A stretch of DNA of 64,000 nucleotides from Alphaproteobacteria bacterium (GCA_028868695.1 JAGWTZ010000012.1:1046-65045); one strand, 5' to 3'; numbered from the stretch's first letter, positions 29,562 through 40,773 are shown. The notes: generated by a model from the sequence alone, not told the origin. Translations and numbers: made by a program.

Positions 29562-29648
29562 GGAGTGGGGAGTGGCTCCCCCTCCGGGGAGCAGGCAAGA
29601 TGAGCGAATCCTGTTTCTCCGGGGAGCAGAAGGAATGCGCCTTGCCAC

Positions 29649-29682
29649 AAAAAAAAGCCCGCGCCTTGCGGCGCGGGGGCTT
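29649..29682 (-). terminator. Rho-independent terminator of phaA
   Basis: CCCGCGCC-GCAA-GGCGCGGG stem-loop followed by T8 on minus strand. Confidence 0.8.
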
Positions 29683-29707
29683 GGTCTTCAACGGTTCAGC
29701 TTTGTGA

Positions 29708-30889
29708 TCAGCGTTCCAGGCACATGGCAACGCCCATGCCGCCGCCGATGCAAAGGGTGGCGAGGCCCTTCTTGGCGTTCGACCGCTTCATCTCAAACAG
29801 CAGCGTGTTGAGGATGCGCGCACCCGAGGCACCGATGGGATGGCCGATGGCGATGGCGCCGCCATTGACGTTCACCTTGGCGAGATCCCAGCCCATGTCC
29901 TTGTTCACGGCGCAGGCCTGGGCGGCGAAGGCTTCATTGGCCTCGACGAGATCAAGATCGACGGCATTCCAGCCCGCCTTCTTCAGCGCGGCGCGCGACG
30001 CGGGGATGGGGCCTGTGCCCATGACGGCGGGATCAACACCGGCCGTTGCGAAAGAGGCGATGCGGGCCAAAGGTGTGAGGCCGCGCTTTGCGGCCTCGGC
30101 AGCGCTCATCAGCAACACGACGGCGGCACCATCATTGATGCCGGAGGCGTTGGCGGCCGTCACCGTGCCTTCCTTGGAGAAGGCGGGGCGCAGCTTGGCC
30201 ACGCTGTCCATGGTCACACCCTTCTTGATGTATTCATCAGCATCCACCACCACATCGCCCTTGCGGCCCGAAATGGTGACGGCGGCAATCTCATCCTTGA
30301 ACTTGCCGGCAGCCTGCGCGGCCTCGGCCTTGTTCTGGGATTTGACGGCGAATTCATCCTGCTGTTCGCGGGTGATCTGCCATTGCTTGGCGACATTCTC
30401 GGCGGTGGTGCCCATGTGATAGCCGTTGAAGGCATCCCACAACCCGTCCTTGATCATGGTGTCGATCAGGTTCCAGTCACCCATCTTCACGCCATCGCGC
30501 AGATGCGCGGCGTGGGCGGATTTCGACATGCTCTCCTGGCCGCCGGCAATGGCAATCGCCGCATCACCCAGCGCGATCTGCTGGGCGGCGAGGGCCACGG
30601 CGCGAAGCCCCGAGCCGCAGACCTGGTTTATGCCCCAGGCCGAGGCTTCCTTGGACAGGCCGGCATTGATGGCGGCCTGGCGGGCCGGGTTCTGGCCTTG
30701 CGCGGCGGTCAAGACCTGGCCGAGGATCACTTCATCCACTTCAGCGGCCTCGACCTTCGCGCGCTCCAGCGCCGCCTTGATGGCGATAGTGCCGAGCTGG
30801 GCGCCCGTGAGGCTGGAAAGCGCGCCATTGAACGAACCCACTGGCGTTCTGGCGGCGGAAACGATGACGATGTCCTTGAGGCTGCTCAT
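29708..30889 (-). CDS. phaA: Acetyl-CoA acetyltransferase (beta-ketothiolase)
   Basis: [28 protein letters not shown] and LCIGGGMG motifs. Confidence 0.97.
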   Translation of the reverse strand: MSSLKDIVIVSAARTPVGSFNGALSSLTGAQLGTIAIKAALERAKVEAAEVDEVILGQVLTAAQGQNPARQAAINAGLSKEASAWGINQVCGSGLRAVALAAQQIALGDAAIAIAGGQESMSKSAHAAHLRDGVKMGDWNLIDTMIKDGLWDAFNGYHMGTTAENVAKQWQITREQQDEFAVKSQNKAEAAQAAGKFKDEIAAVTISGRKGDVVVDADEYIKKGVTMDSVAKLRPAFSKEGTVTAANASGINDGAAVVLLMSAAEAAKRGLTPLARIASFATAGVDPAVMGTGPIPASRAALKKAGWNAVDLDLVEANEAFAAQACAVNKDMGWDLAKVNVNGGAIAIGHPIGASGARILNTLLFEMKRSNAKKGLATLCIGGGMGVAMCLER

Positions 30890-30935
30890 GCTGTTCTCCC
30901 TGTGGCGTGATGAACAAATTCTAGCGCTGTTTTGG

Positions 30936-30986
30936 GTGCGTTTGCGAGATTTTTTTGCACTTGCAAATGTGCACTGCACGGAGCAG
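30936..30986. promoter_or_regulatory. TGC/GCA-rich candidate PhaR operator between divergent phaA and phaR
   Basis: TTGCACTTGCAAATGTGCACTGCACGGAGCAG; PhaR is known to bind TGC-rich sites; not an exact consensus match. Confidence 0.35.
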
Positions 30987-31017
30987 ATTTTGGGCACGCA
31001 GTATAGGGAGTGAGACT

Positions 31018-31650
31018 GTGAGTGACGAGCAAGCCCCAAACCCGGCCGGCAAAGCCCAGGCCACGGTGATCAAGAAATATGCCAACCGCCGCCTCTACAA
31101 CACCGCCACCTCGACCTATGTGACGCTGGATGACCTGGCGCTGATGGTGAAGAACGGGCAGGACTTCCTGGTTTATGACGCAAAGAGCGGCGAAGACATC
31201 ACACGCTCGGTTCTCACCCAGATCATTTTCGAAGAGGAAAACAAGGGCGGGGCGCAGAACCTGCTGCCTGTCAATTTCCTGCGCAACCTGATCCGCTTTT
31301 ATGGCGACCAGATGCAGGGCCTGGTGCCCGGCTATCTCGACTTCTCGCTCGACAACCTGATGAAGGAGCAGGAGAAGATCCGCAAGCAGATGATGGACGC
31401 GATCGGGGTTGGCGACCAGTTCAAGGGCATGGAAGACCAGGCCAAGCGCAACATGGCGATGTTCAATGACGCCATGAAGATGTTCAACCCCTTTGCCACG
31501 ATGATGGGCGGCGGGATGCCGGGGGCTGGGCCTAAGCCGGGTGCTTCGGGCGCTGCTTCACCTTCACCTGCCGCTGCCAAGGACGACTTGCAGGCGCTGA
31601 AAGACCAATTGGCGGCGATGCAGCAGAAGCTGGACAATATCTCGCGCTAG
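31018..31650 (+). CDS. phaR: Polyhydroxyalkanoate synthesis repressor PhaR
   Basis: [23 protein letters not shown] and [15 protein letters not shown] motifs; GTG start. Confidence 0.96.
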   Translation: MSDEQAPNPAGKAQATVIKKYANRRLYNTATSTYVTLDDLALMVKNGQDFLVYDAKSGEDITRSVLTQIIFEEENKGGAQNLLPVNFLRNLIRFYGDQMQGLVPGYLDFSLDNLMKEQEKIRKQMMDAIGVGDQFKGMEDQAKRNMAMFNDAMKMFNPFATMMGGGMPGAGPKPGASGAASPSPAAAKDDLQALKDQLAAMQQKLDNISR

Positions 31651-31753
31651 ATCAACCTGAGTTTAGACGGAATCGTCTAAAGTCAGATAAGTTGATCGAA
31701 AATCATATCTTAGGGCGAGAATGACTTTCCCAAGAAAAGTCATTCCGCTCTAG
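31647..31753. repeat. ~107-bp double-hairpin palindromic element bounded by CTAG
   Basis: Hairpin 31650-31697, AT-rich spacer, hairpin 31711-31752; CTAG at both ends; left end supplies the phaR stop. Confidence 0.6.
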
Positions 31754-31779
31754 CGGCGCTGAAACTGAACGGATTGTTG

Positions 31780-31819
31780 CGGCACCGGGGCTGAGGCAGC
31801 ACCGGTGCCGTTTGATTTT
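31780..31819 (+). terminator. Terminator between convergent phaR and the EAL gene
   Basis: CGGCACCGG/CCGGTGCCG stem followed by TTTGATTTT. Confidence 0.6.
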
Positions 31820-34110
31820 CAGGCGGCGTCGCGGTCTGGCGTTGCTGCCTGGGCGGCGCTGAGGTCTGCCAGGGCGGCGCGCAGCCTTGCGATGCTTTCA
31901 TCAATATCGGCAAAGACCAGCTCAGGTTCGGCGGGCGCGGCTTCTTCCACGGCGGGCGGCAGCGGCTCTTCCATGGCGATCACCGGCTCATCTTCCGCGA
32001 AAACGGGGGCGGGGGTTTCAACTTCGGGCGGGGCCTCAAGGGCCTCGGTGAACATCAGCGGCTCCGGCTCAAAATCCTTGCCTTCGGTGTGGGGCGTGAT
32101 GTCCATGTTCATTTCGACATAGGCCGTGCCGGGCGCGATCGGCTCATCGGACTGGCCTTCGCCAGCGCCGCTGGCGGTGTGGTGGTGCATGGCGATTTCA
32201 TGCTCGGGATCGCGCTCCGCAGCTTCGGCGAGGCTGGCGGCGAGCGGATCAGGCTGCTCATCGCCGCCAATGTCAAAGCGGTTGGCGCGGGCGATGGTCC
32301 AGGGCGGCAGCACCGAGGCTTCGCCGAACAGGTTGCCTTGCAGGTAGTCGATGCCCCAGGCTTTCAGGGCGGCGGCGTCTTCTTCCGTCTCCACCCATTC
32401 GGCCACGGTTTTCAGGTTGAACTTGCCGGAGAGGTCAATGAGGCTGCGCACCATGTATTCGTTGTCCTTGTCGGTGCCGAGGTTGCGGCAGAAGCTGCCG
32501 TCGAATTTCAGGATGTTCACCGGAAGCTCGCGCAGGTGCTTGAAGGAGGTGAAGCCGGCGCCGAAATCATCAATGGCCACGCTGCAGCCCGCCTCGCGCA
32601 GCTTTTCGACAAACCTGCGGGTGGATTGCATGTCATTGAGCGCCACGGTTTCGGTGATCTCCAGCGTGAGGCGGCTGGCGGCCTGCTGGTTGGCGAAGAT
32701 CACATCGAGCAGCTGGTCATACCAATAAGGGTCGGTGGCGGTGGTGCCGGAGAGGTTCATCGACAGCTGCGCCTCGGGATAGACGTGCAGCGTCTGGATG
32801 ATCATCTGCATCACGGCGCGGTCCACCAGCCGCACCAGGCCCAGGTGTTCGGCGATGGGCACGAGATGCGAGGCGGCGATGAGCTCGCCCGTAGCCTCAT
32901 CCTGCATGCGCAGCAGGGCCTCATGGAACACGGCCTCGCCAGTGCGGGCATGCAGCACCGGCTGGTAGGCGAGCTTGAAGCGGTCTTCCTTCAGGCATTT
33001 GACGATTTCAGTGGCGCAGCGGGCGTTGAGGGCGCGCTCGGCGGTGCGGCGCTCGGAAGGCTTGTAGATCACCTGGCCATCGGAGGGCAGCTTGCGCGCC
33101 TCGTTCAATGCCTCTTCGGCGCGCGACAAGGCGGTGGCGGCGTCATCGGCATCGGCGGGCAGGTTGATGGCGCCGATCGACAGCGTGGCCCAGACGGGGC
33201 CGCGGCCGGTTTCGATGACGTTGTCGCGGATCACCGACAGGTAGCGGCGCAGGGCCATTTCCAGATCGGTCTCGTTGCAGTCATTGAGGATGATGCCGAA
33301 CTTGCCGCCGCCCAAGCGGGCGATGCCGTCACCCACCCGCATCACCTGGCGCAGGCGGCGGGCAGCGGCGACGATCACCTCATCGGCCACGTCAAAACCG
33401 TAAGCCTCATTGACGAGCGGCAGGTTGTTGATGGCGGCGATGACAAAGGCGCAAGCGCCGGCAGCTTTCTTGGCGACGCTGACGGCCTGGTCCAACGCTT
33501 CCATCATGCGGCCCTGGTTCATCATGCCGGTGAGCGGGTCGCAGGAAGAAAGGAAATTGAGGTGCTGGTCGCGGCGGTGGCGCTCATCAACCTGGCGCAG
33601 CGTGCCGAAAACCGTCTTGGGCAGGCCATCGGGGCCTGCCTGCCAGCGGCCAATGTCTTCCAGCCAGATGGCCTTGGCGTTCTGGCGGCCCTCGGGGCGG
33701 AACAGGTATTCAATCTGGAAGGCCACGCCGCGGCCGCTGTCACGCAGCCTGGAATTCATCACGGTTTCATAGCGGGTGGTGACATTTTCAATGTCGAGCA
33801 GGCTGGCGAACTGCTTGCCGGCGCTGATGGCGGCCAAGGGGCAGCCCAAAACCTCGGGCGCATTGGGGCTCCAGATGATTTCGTCGGTCTCGATGTTCCA
33901 GCGGTAGGCCGCCTCGCCGGCGGCGCGCAGGGCCTGGCGCAGGTCAGCCTCTGTGGCGGCCGGGGCCACCGAGGGCGTTTCAATGCCCTGCTGGGTGACG
34001 AGCTCGGCAAAAGCCTCGTTAAAGTCAAAAACCTGATTTGATGAAGATTCCAGCAAGGCCCGCCCTCGTATGAGGCCCGGTTTAGCGGGCAGGCGTAAAA
34101 AATCGGGCAA
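31819..34110 (-). CDS. PAS-GGDEF(degenerate)-EAL c-di-GMP phosphodiesterase; start uncertain
   Basis: DPLTGMMN and GGGKF (degenerate GGDEF); HEALLRM, IDDFGAGFTS and AEWVET EAL motifs; acidic C-terminal tail. Confidence 0.9.
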   Translation of the reverse strand: MPDFLRLPAKPGLIRGRALLESSSNQVFDFNEAFAELVTQQGIETPSVAPAATEADLRQALRAAGEAAYRWNIETDEIIWSPNAPEVLGCPLAAISAGKQFASLLDIENVTTRYETVMNSRLRDSGRGVAFQIEYLFRPEGRQNAKAIWLEDIGRWQAGPDGLPKTVFGTLRQVDERHRRDQHLNFLSSCDPLTGMMNQGRMMEALDQAVSVAKKAAGACAFVIAAINNLPLVNEAYGFDVADEVIVAAARRLRQVMRVGDGIARLGGGKFGIILNDCNETDLEMALRRYLSVIRDNVIETGRGPVWATLSIGAINLPADADDAATALSRAEEALNEARKLPSDGQVIYKPSERRTAERALNARCATEIVKCLKEDRFKLAYQPVLHARTGEAVFHEALLRMQDEATGELIAASHLVPIAEHLGLVRLVDRAVMQMIIQTLHVYPEAQLSMNLSGTTATDPYWYDQLLDVIFANQQAASRLTLEITETVALNDMQSTRRFVEKLREAGCSVAIDDFGAGFTSFKHLRELPVNILKFDGSFCRNLGTDKDNEYMVRSLIDLSGKFNLKTVAEWVETEEDAAALKAWGIDYLQGNLFGEASVLPPWTIARANRFDIGGDEQPDPLAASLAEAAERDPEHEIAMHHHTASGAGEGQSDEPIAPGTAYVEMNMDITPHTEGKDFEPEPLMFTEALEAPPEVETPAPVFAEDEPVIAMEEPLPPAVEEAAPAEPELVFADIDESIARLRAALADLSAAQAATPDRDAA

Positions 34111-34215
34111 GAGTTATGCTTAACGGGCGTTAATGAAGTGAGCGGAATTAAGGCAAGGCGCGCCCGAAAATATGGCAATGCAGCACATGCTATTTGAATT
34201 GTTACGTTTTTATAA

Positions 34216-34260
34216 ATGCATGAAATATTTCATGTATTACTAGCCATGCAAATTTTGCAT
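34216..34260. promoter_or_regulatory. Palindromic operators (LysR-type T-N11-A) upstream of the DUF1127 genes
   Basis: Perfect palindrome CATGAAATATTTCATG (34219-34234) and ATGCAAATTTTGCAT (34246-34260) in an AT-rich region. Confidence 0.55.
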
Positions 34261-34332
34261 TTCTCTTTTTGCTGCACCGCACCTAAATGAGGGGCGTAGA
34301 TCAAGAGAAGAGAACTCGAAAGGAGTTTTAAT

Positions 34333-34482
34333 ATGTTTGAAGTCCTGAAGTCCCGCATCAACACCTGGAAGCGTTATAACCGCACGGTGACTGAGCTCCA
34401 GGCCCTGACCAACCGCGAACTGTCCGACCTCGGCATCGCGCGTTCGGACATCGCCCGCATCGCTCGCGACGCGGCCCGCTAA
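34333..34482 (+). CDS. Small DUF1127 protein (49 aa, absent from the ORF track)
   Basis: MFEVLKSRINTWKRYNRTVTELQALTNRELSDLGIARSDIARIARDAAR; AAGGAG RBS upstream. Confidence 0.9.
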   Translation: MFEVLKSRINTWKRYNRTVTELQALTNRELSDLGIARSDIARIARDAAR

Positions 34483-34487
34483 AGACC

Positions 34488-34634
34488 ATGTTGACCCGGT
34501 TCCTCCGCTTTCACAAGCCGGGGCCGGCGAAAAGACAGGCACGACCCCTGTTTCCGCGCCTGTCTGACGCTGACCTGGCTGACATGGGTATCAAGCGCTA
34601 TCAGCTCGAAAATCCCCTTTCCTCCCGGGATTGA
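34488..34634 (+). CDS. Second, divergent DUF1127-like small protein (48 aa)
   Basis: Contains RLSDADLADMGIKRYQL; starts 5 nt after the first gene; no clear RBS. Confidence 0.5.
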   Translation: MLTRFLRFHKPGPAKRQARPLFPRLSDADLADMGIKRYQLENPLSSRD

Positions 34635-34678
34635 ACGAGCAAATAAGCCCGGCGTCCTCCCACGCCGGGCTTTTTTTT
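34611..34678 (+). ncRNA. Cuckoo-like sRNA (two hairpins with CCUCCC loops; the second is a terminator)
   Basis: AATCCC-CTTTCCTCCC-GGGATT and AAGCCCGGCGT-CCTCCC-ACGCCGGGCTT plus T-run, downstream of DUF1127. Confidence 0.7.
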
Positions 34679-34797
34679 GTCCGTAAACACCGCCGCTTCA
34701 AAAATTGCGACATTCCGCCAGCCAAGGGGCGTTGCCAGCCCCGTTTGACTGTGATAGCAGGCGCTCGCGTCAATCTAACATTATAGAAAGTTTGCTC

Positions 34798-35355
34798 GTG
34801 GCGGCACAACTGATGACAAGCGGGGTGGCGGGGCGTTATGCCAGTGCGCTGTTTGACCTCGCGACTGAAGAAAAGGCGGTTCCCGCCGTTGCCAAGGCCC
34901 TTGACGGCCTTTCCAAGGCAATTTCCGATTCCAGCGACCTCAAGCGGTTGCTTTCCTCGCCCGTTTTCAAGACCGAAGACCAGATGAGCGCCATTGACGC
35001 GCTGGCTTCCAAGGGTGGGCTTTCCGGCCTGGCGCTGAATTTCGTCAGGCTGATGTGCGACAACCGCCGCCTGGCTGCACTTCCCGATGCGATCGCCGCC
35101 TTCCAGGCGCTGGTTGCCGAGGCCAAGGGCGAAGCCGTGGCGGAAGTGACTTCCGCCGAAAAGCTTTCGGCCACACAGCTCAAGGATCTCACTGCCGCCC
35201 TCAAGGCCCGCGTGGGCAAGGATGTGCAGCTGGTGACCAAGATCGATTCATCCATTCTCGGTGGCCTGACCGTCAAGATCGGTTCAACGCTCATCGACAA
35301 TTCACTCAAGACCAAACTTTCCAATCTCAAAACAGCCATGAAGGGAAGCGCCTAA
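34798..35355 (+). CDS. atpH: ATP synthase F1 delta subunit
   Basis: [11 protein letters not shown] and [17 protein letters not shown] motifs; first gene of the atp operon. Confidence 0.95.
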   Translation: MAAQLMTSGVAGRYASALFDLATEEKAVPAVAKALDGLSKAISDSSDLKRLLSSPVFKTEDQMSAIDALASKGGLSGLALNFVRLMCDNRRLAALPDAIAAFQALVAEAKGEAVAEVTSAEKLSATQLKDLTAALKARVGKDVQLVTKIDSSILGGLTVKIGSTLIDNSLKTKLSNLKTAMKGSA

Positions 35356-35356
35356 T

Positions 35357-36886
35357 ATGGATATCCGCGCCGCCGAAATTTCTTCCATCCTCAAGAAGCA
35401 GATCAAGGACTTTGGCAAGGATGCCGATGTTGCCGAAATCGGCACCGTGCTTTCCGTCGGTGACGGCATTGCCCGCGTTCACGGCCTCGACAATGTGCAG
35501 GCTGGTGAAATGGTCGAGTTCCCCGGCGGCATCAAGGGCATGGCGCTGAACCTCGAAACCGACAATGTCGGCGTGGTTATTTTCGGCGCCGACCGCGACA
35601 TCAAGGAAGGCGACACGGTCAAGCGCACCGGCGCCATCGTGGAAGTTCCCGTCGGCAAGGAATTGCTGGGCCGCGTGGTTGACGCTCTCGGCAACCCCAT
35701 TGACGGCAAGGGCCCGCTGAAGGCCAAGAAGATGGCCCGCGTGGACGTGAAGGCCCCCGGCATCATTCCGCGCAAGTCGGTGCATGAGCCGATGGCCACC
35801 GGCCTCAAGGCCATTGACGCCTTGATCCCCGTTGGCCGCGGCCAGCGCGAGCTGGTGATCGGCGACCGCCAGACCGGCAAGACCGCGATCATTCTCGACG
35901 CCATGCTGAACCAGAAGCCCATTCACATCGCTGGCCCGGAGAAGGACAAGCTCTATTGCGTTTACGTGGCCTGCGGCCAGAAGCGCTCGACCGTTGCCCA
36001 GTTCGTGAAGGTTCTCGAAGACAACGGCGCCCTTGAATACTCGATCGTGGTTGCCGCCACCGCGTCCGACCCGGCCCCGATGCAATATCTCGCTCCGTTC
36101 ACCGGCTGCGCCATGGGCGAATATTTCCGTGACAATGGCATGCATGCGCTGATCGCCTATGACGATCTTTCCAAGCAGGCCGTGGCCTACCGCCAGATGT
36201 CGCTGCTGCTGCGCCGCCCGCCGGGCCGCGAAGCCTATCCCGGCGACGTGTTCTATCTCCACTCCCGCCTGCTCGAGCGTTCGGCCAAGCTGAACGACGC
36301 CAATGGCGCCGGCTCGCTCACCGCGCTGCCTGTGATTGAAACGCAGGGCAACGACGTGTCGGCCTTCATTCCGACCAACGTGATCTCGATCACCGACGGC
36401 CAGATCTTCCTTGAAACCGACCTGTTCTACCAGGGCATCCGCCCGGCCGTGAACGTTGGTCTCTCGGTGTCGCGCGTGGGCTCTTCCGCCCAGACCAAGG
36501 CGATGAAGCAGGTGGCCGGCAAGATCAAGGGCGAGCTTGCCCAATACCGCGAAATGGCGGCCTTCGCGCAGTTCGGCTCGGACCTCGATGCCGCCACGCA
36601 GAAGCTTCTGAACCGCGGCGCCCGCCTCACCGAACTCCTCAAGCAGCCGCAGTTCTCGCCGCTGAAGATGGAAGAGCAGGTGGTTTCGATTTATGCCGGC
36701 GTGAACGGCTATCTTGACGGCCTGCCAGTCAACAAGGTGCGCTCGTTCGAAGATGGCTTGCTGCGCGTGTTCCGCGACAAGCACAAGGACGTGCTGGAAG
36801 CGATCCGCAACGAGAAGGCCATTTCCGACGCCACCATGCCCAAGCTGAAAGCCGGCGTGGATGCGTATGCGAAGTCGTTTGCTTAA
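35357..36886 (+). CDS. atpA: ATP synthase F1 alpha subunit
   Basis: GDRQTGKT and [21 protein letters not shown] motifs. Confidence 0.99.
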   Translation: MDIRAAEISSILKKQIKDFGKDADVAEIGTVLSVGDGIARVHGLDNVQAGEMVEFPGGIKGMALNLETDNVGVVIFGADRDIKEGDTVKRTGAIVEVPVGKELLGRVVDALGNPIDGKGPLKAKKMARVDVKAPGIIPRKSVHEPMATGLKAIDALIPVGRGQRELVIGDRQTGKTAIILDAMLNQKPIHIAGPEKDKLYCVYVACGQKRSTVAQFVKVLEDNGALEYSIVVAATASDPAPMQYLAPFTGCAMGEYFRDNGMHALIAYDDLSKQAVAYRQMSLLLRRPPGREAYPGDVFYLHSRLLERSAKLNDANGAGSLTALPVIETQGNDVSAFIPTNVISITDGQIFLETDLFYQGIRPAVNVGLSVSRVGSSAQTKAMKQVAGKIKGELAQYREMAAFAQFGSDLDAATQKLLNRGARLTELLKQPQFSPLKMEEQVVSIYAGVNGYLDGLPVNKVRSFEDGLLRVFRDKHKDVLEAIRNEKAISDATMPKLKAGVDAYAKSFA

Positions 36887-36896
36887 GGGCTAGCCG

Positions 36897-37775
36897 ATGC
36901 CGTCCCTTAAAGACCTTCGCAACCGCATCGCCTCGGTCAAGGCGACACGCAAGATCACCAAGGCCATGCAAATGGTGGCCGCGGCGAAATTGCGCCGCGC
37001 GCAGGAAGCCGCCGTTTCGGCGCGCCCCTATGCCACGCGCATGGCCACCATGATGGGCAACCTTGCCTCCGCTGTGGCGGGCCGCGATGGTGCGCCCAAG
37101 CTTCTGGCCGGCACGGGTTCTGACCAGGTGCATCTGCTGATCGTCGCCACCGCCGAGCGCGGGTTGTGCGGCGGTTTCAACACCTCGATTGCGCGCCTGG
37201 CCCGCGAACATGCCGACAGGCTGGTGGCCGAGGGCAAGACGGTGAAGATCTTCACCGTGGGCAAGAAGGGCAATGACGCGCTGAAGCGCCTGCATGGCAA
37301 GTATTTCGTTGAAGCCGTGGATTTCCGCGGCCTCAAGGCGATTGCCTTCGAGAACGCCGACGAGGTGGGCAAGAAGGTCATCAGCATGTTCGAGGCTGGC
37401 GAATTTGACGTGGCCACGCTGTTCTTCTCGGAATTCAAGTCAGTGATCCAGCAGGTGCCGACCGCGCTGCAGCTGATCCCCGCGAAGATCGACGCCTCCA
37501 AGGCGCCTGATCTTGGCGGCGCTGTCTATGAGGTTGAGCCAGAAGAAGAAGTGATCCTGGCCGACCTGCTGCCGCGCAACATCTCGGTGCAGGTGTTCCG
37601 GGCGCTGCTCGAAAACGCGGCCTCCGAACAGGGTGCCCGCATGAGCGCCATGGACAACGCCACGCGCAACGCCGGCGACATGATCAACAAGCTGTCGATC
37701 CGCTACAACCGCCAGCGCCAGGCCCAGATCACCAAAGAACTCATCGAAATCATTTCAGGCGCGGAAGCGCTGTAA
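36897..37775 (+). CDS. atpG: ATP synthase F1 gamma subunit
   Basis: [22 protein letters not shown] and [13 protein letters not shown] motifs. Confidence 0.98.
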   Translation: MPSLKDLRNRIASVKATRKITKAMQMVAAAKLRRAQEAAVSARPYATRMATMMGNLASAVAGRDGAPKLLAGTGSDQVHLLIVATAERGLCGGFNTSIARLAREHADRLVAEGKTVKIFTVGKKGNDALKRLHGKYFVEAVDFRGLKAIAFENADEVGKKVISMFEAGEFDVATLFFSEFKSVIQQVPTALQLIPAKIDASKAPDLGGAVYEVEPEEEVILADLLPRNISVQVFRALLENAASEQGARMSAMDNATRNAGDMINKLSIRYNRQRQAQITKELIEIISGAEAL

Positions 37776-39242
<1,467 letters not shown>

Positions 39243-39257
39243 TCTGATCCAATTAAC

Positions 39258-39327
39258 CGTCATTCCCGCGAAAGCGGGAATCTCTGTTGAACACCAAACG
39301 CAGATCCCCGCTTTCGCGGGGATGACG
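39258..39327. repeat. Inverted pair of CGTC-tagged REP palindromes between atpD and atpC
   Basis: CGTCATTCCCGCGAAAGCGGGAATCT ... AGATCCCCGCTTTCGCGGGGATGACG. Confidence 0.9.
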
Positions 39328-39350
39328 AAACAAGGAATAGAGTGTCTCAC

Positions 39351-39743
39351 ATGGCCGGATTGCATTTTGAACTCGTCTCCCCCGCAAAGCTCCTGTTCTC
39401 AGGGGATGTGGACAGCGTGGTGCTGCCCGGCACTGAAGGCGAAATGACCATCCTGCCGAGCCATGCGCCGCTGCTCACCTCGCTGAAGCCCGGCGTGGTG
39501 ACGGTGACGGGCGCTTCGGGCGCGCAGCGCATTTTCGTGCGCGGCGGCTTTGCCGAAGTGAACCCCAATGGCCTGATCGTTCTCGCCGAGCGCGCCATTC
39601 CCACGGCCGAGCTTGATGCCGCGGCCCTTGCCGCCCAGATCAAGGACGCCGAGGAAGACGTGGCCGATGCCACCGATGGCGAAGTGAAGCGCCGCGCCCA
39701 GGAAAACCTCGATCACCTGAAGGCGCTGCAGGGGGCGATTTGA
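39351..39743 (+). CDS. atpC: ATP synthase F1 epsilon subunit
   Basis: FELVSPAKLLFSG and VRGGFAEV motifs. Confidence 0.96.
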   Translation: MAGLHFELVSPAKLLFSGDVDSVVLPGTEGEMTILPSHAPLLTSLKPGVVTVTGASGAQRIFVRGGFAEVNPNGLIVLAERAIPTAELDAAALAAQIKDAEEDVADATDGEVKRRAQENLDHLKALQGAI

Positions 39744-39768
39744 CAGAACGCGCATTTTGAATTCACAT

Positions 39769-39796
39769 AAACCAGCCTGAAAGGGCTGGTTTTTTG
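39769..39796 (+). terminator. atp operon terminator
   Basis: AACCAGCC-TGAAAG-GGCTGGTT followed by a T-run. Confidence 0.8.
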
Positions 39797-39810
39797 TTTG
39801 GGGGGCGGGC

Positions 39811-40764
39811 GTGGACCAAGAAGCAGGCGGCAGACGTAACGGGGCGGGGCTTTTCTTCGCATGGCTATTGGTTGGCACACCCTCCGTCATGTTGTGGCTG
39901 GGCCGATGGAAACTTGCGTTGATCTATGCGTTGGCCGGGGCGGCTGCAATCATGGTCCCCATCGTTTTCGCGCGGTCTGGCGTGATCCGGCCAATCTCGC
40001 CTCTTGGTTTAGATGATTTTGAGCTGCTCTCTGAGTTGGCATTCGGCATCGGCATTGTTGGTATTGTTCACGCGTTCCGATTGAATGCAACAGCGCAGCC
40101 CCGGCCTTTCTATTCAAAATGGTACATCGCCTTGCCTCTCCCGACTTTGATTCTTCTCGGGATTGCGCTCTTCTTGCGCACATATTTGTATCAGCCATTC
40201 AGCATTCCATCAGCGAGCGGCATTCCGAATCAACTGGTTGGGGACTATGTGTTCGTTTCAAAATTGGCCTATGGGAATGGTGGTGAGCCACAAGCAGGGG
40301 ATGTTGCAATGATTAAATTCCCCGGAGATCCGCGCATCACGTACTTCAAGCGCGTTGTGGGCCTGCCAGGCGACAAAATCCAAATGGTCAATGGCGTGCT
40401 CAATATCAACGGGGCCGCAGTTAAAATGGAGGAAGTCAAATTGCCTCCGCTCGTCACGCGCAATGGTGAACTGGTCTATGAGGGAATCCGGAAATTTTAC
40501 CGGGAGACCTTGCCCAATGGCAGGTCTTACGTGATTGCCGACATGGGCGATACTCCTCAAGACAACACAAATATCTATGTCGTTCCGGAAGGCCACTATT
40601 TCCTCATGGGCGACAATCGCGACAACACGCAGGACAGCCGGTTCTTGGACAAGGTTGGCTATGTTCCGCGCGAAAACTTCATCGGAACAGTCGTTTCGCT
40701 CTTCTGGAACGGTCAAGGCCTGCCCATTGCTGGGCGACCAGATGAAACATATCCGACGAAATGA
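39811..40764 (+). CDS. Signal peptidase I with N-terminal membrane extension
   Basis: PFSIPSAS (Ser), YFKRVVGLPGD (Lys) and MGDNRDNTQDSR boxes; lower GC than neighbours. Confidence 0.9.
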   Translation: MDQEAGGRRNGAGLFFAWLLVGTPSVMLWLGRWKLALIYALAGAAAIMVPIVFARSGVIRPISPLGLDDFELLSELAFGIGIVGIVHAFRLNATAQPRPFYSKWYIALPLPTLILLGIALFLRTYLYQPFSIPSASGIPNQLVGDYVFVSKLAYGNGGEPQAGDVAMIKFPGDPRITYFKRVVGLPGDKIQMVNGVLNINGAAVKMEEVKLPPLVTRNGELVYEGIRKFYRETLPNGRSYVIADMGDTPQDNTNIYVVPEGHYFLMGDNRDNTQDSRFLDKVGYVPRENFIGTVVSLFWNGQGLPIAGRPDETYPTK

Positions 40765-40773
40765 GATTCGGGC

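Noticed and set aside
32089-34041. 650-aa plus-strand ORF antisense to the EAL gene (similar long antisense ORFs at 35327-36784, 43875-45107, 45513-46838, 57289-58344)
   Set aside because: Shadow ORFs produced by high-GC codon bias opposite well-supported genes; no recognisable motifs
34118-34131. TTAA-N6-TTAA upstream of the EAL gene as a CtrA site
   Set aside because: Spacer is 6 nt, not the required 7
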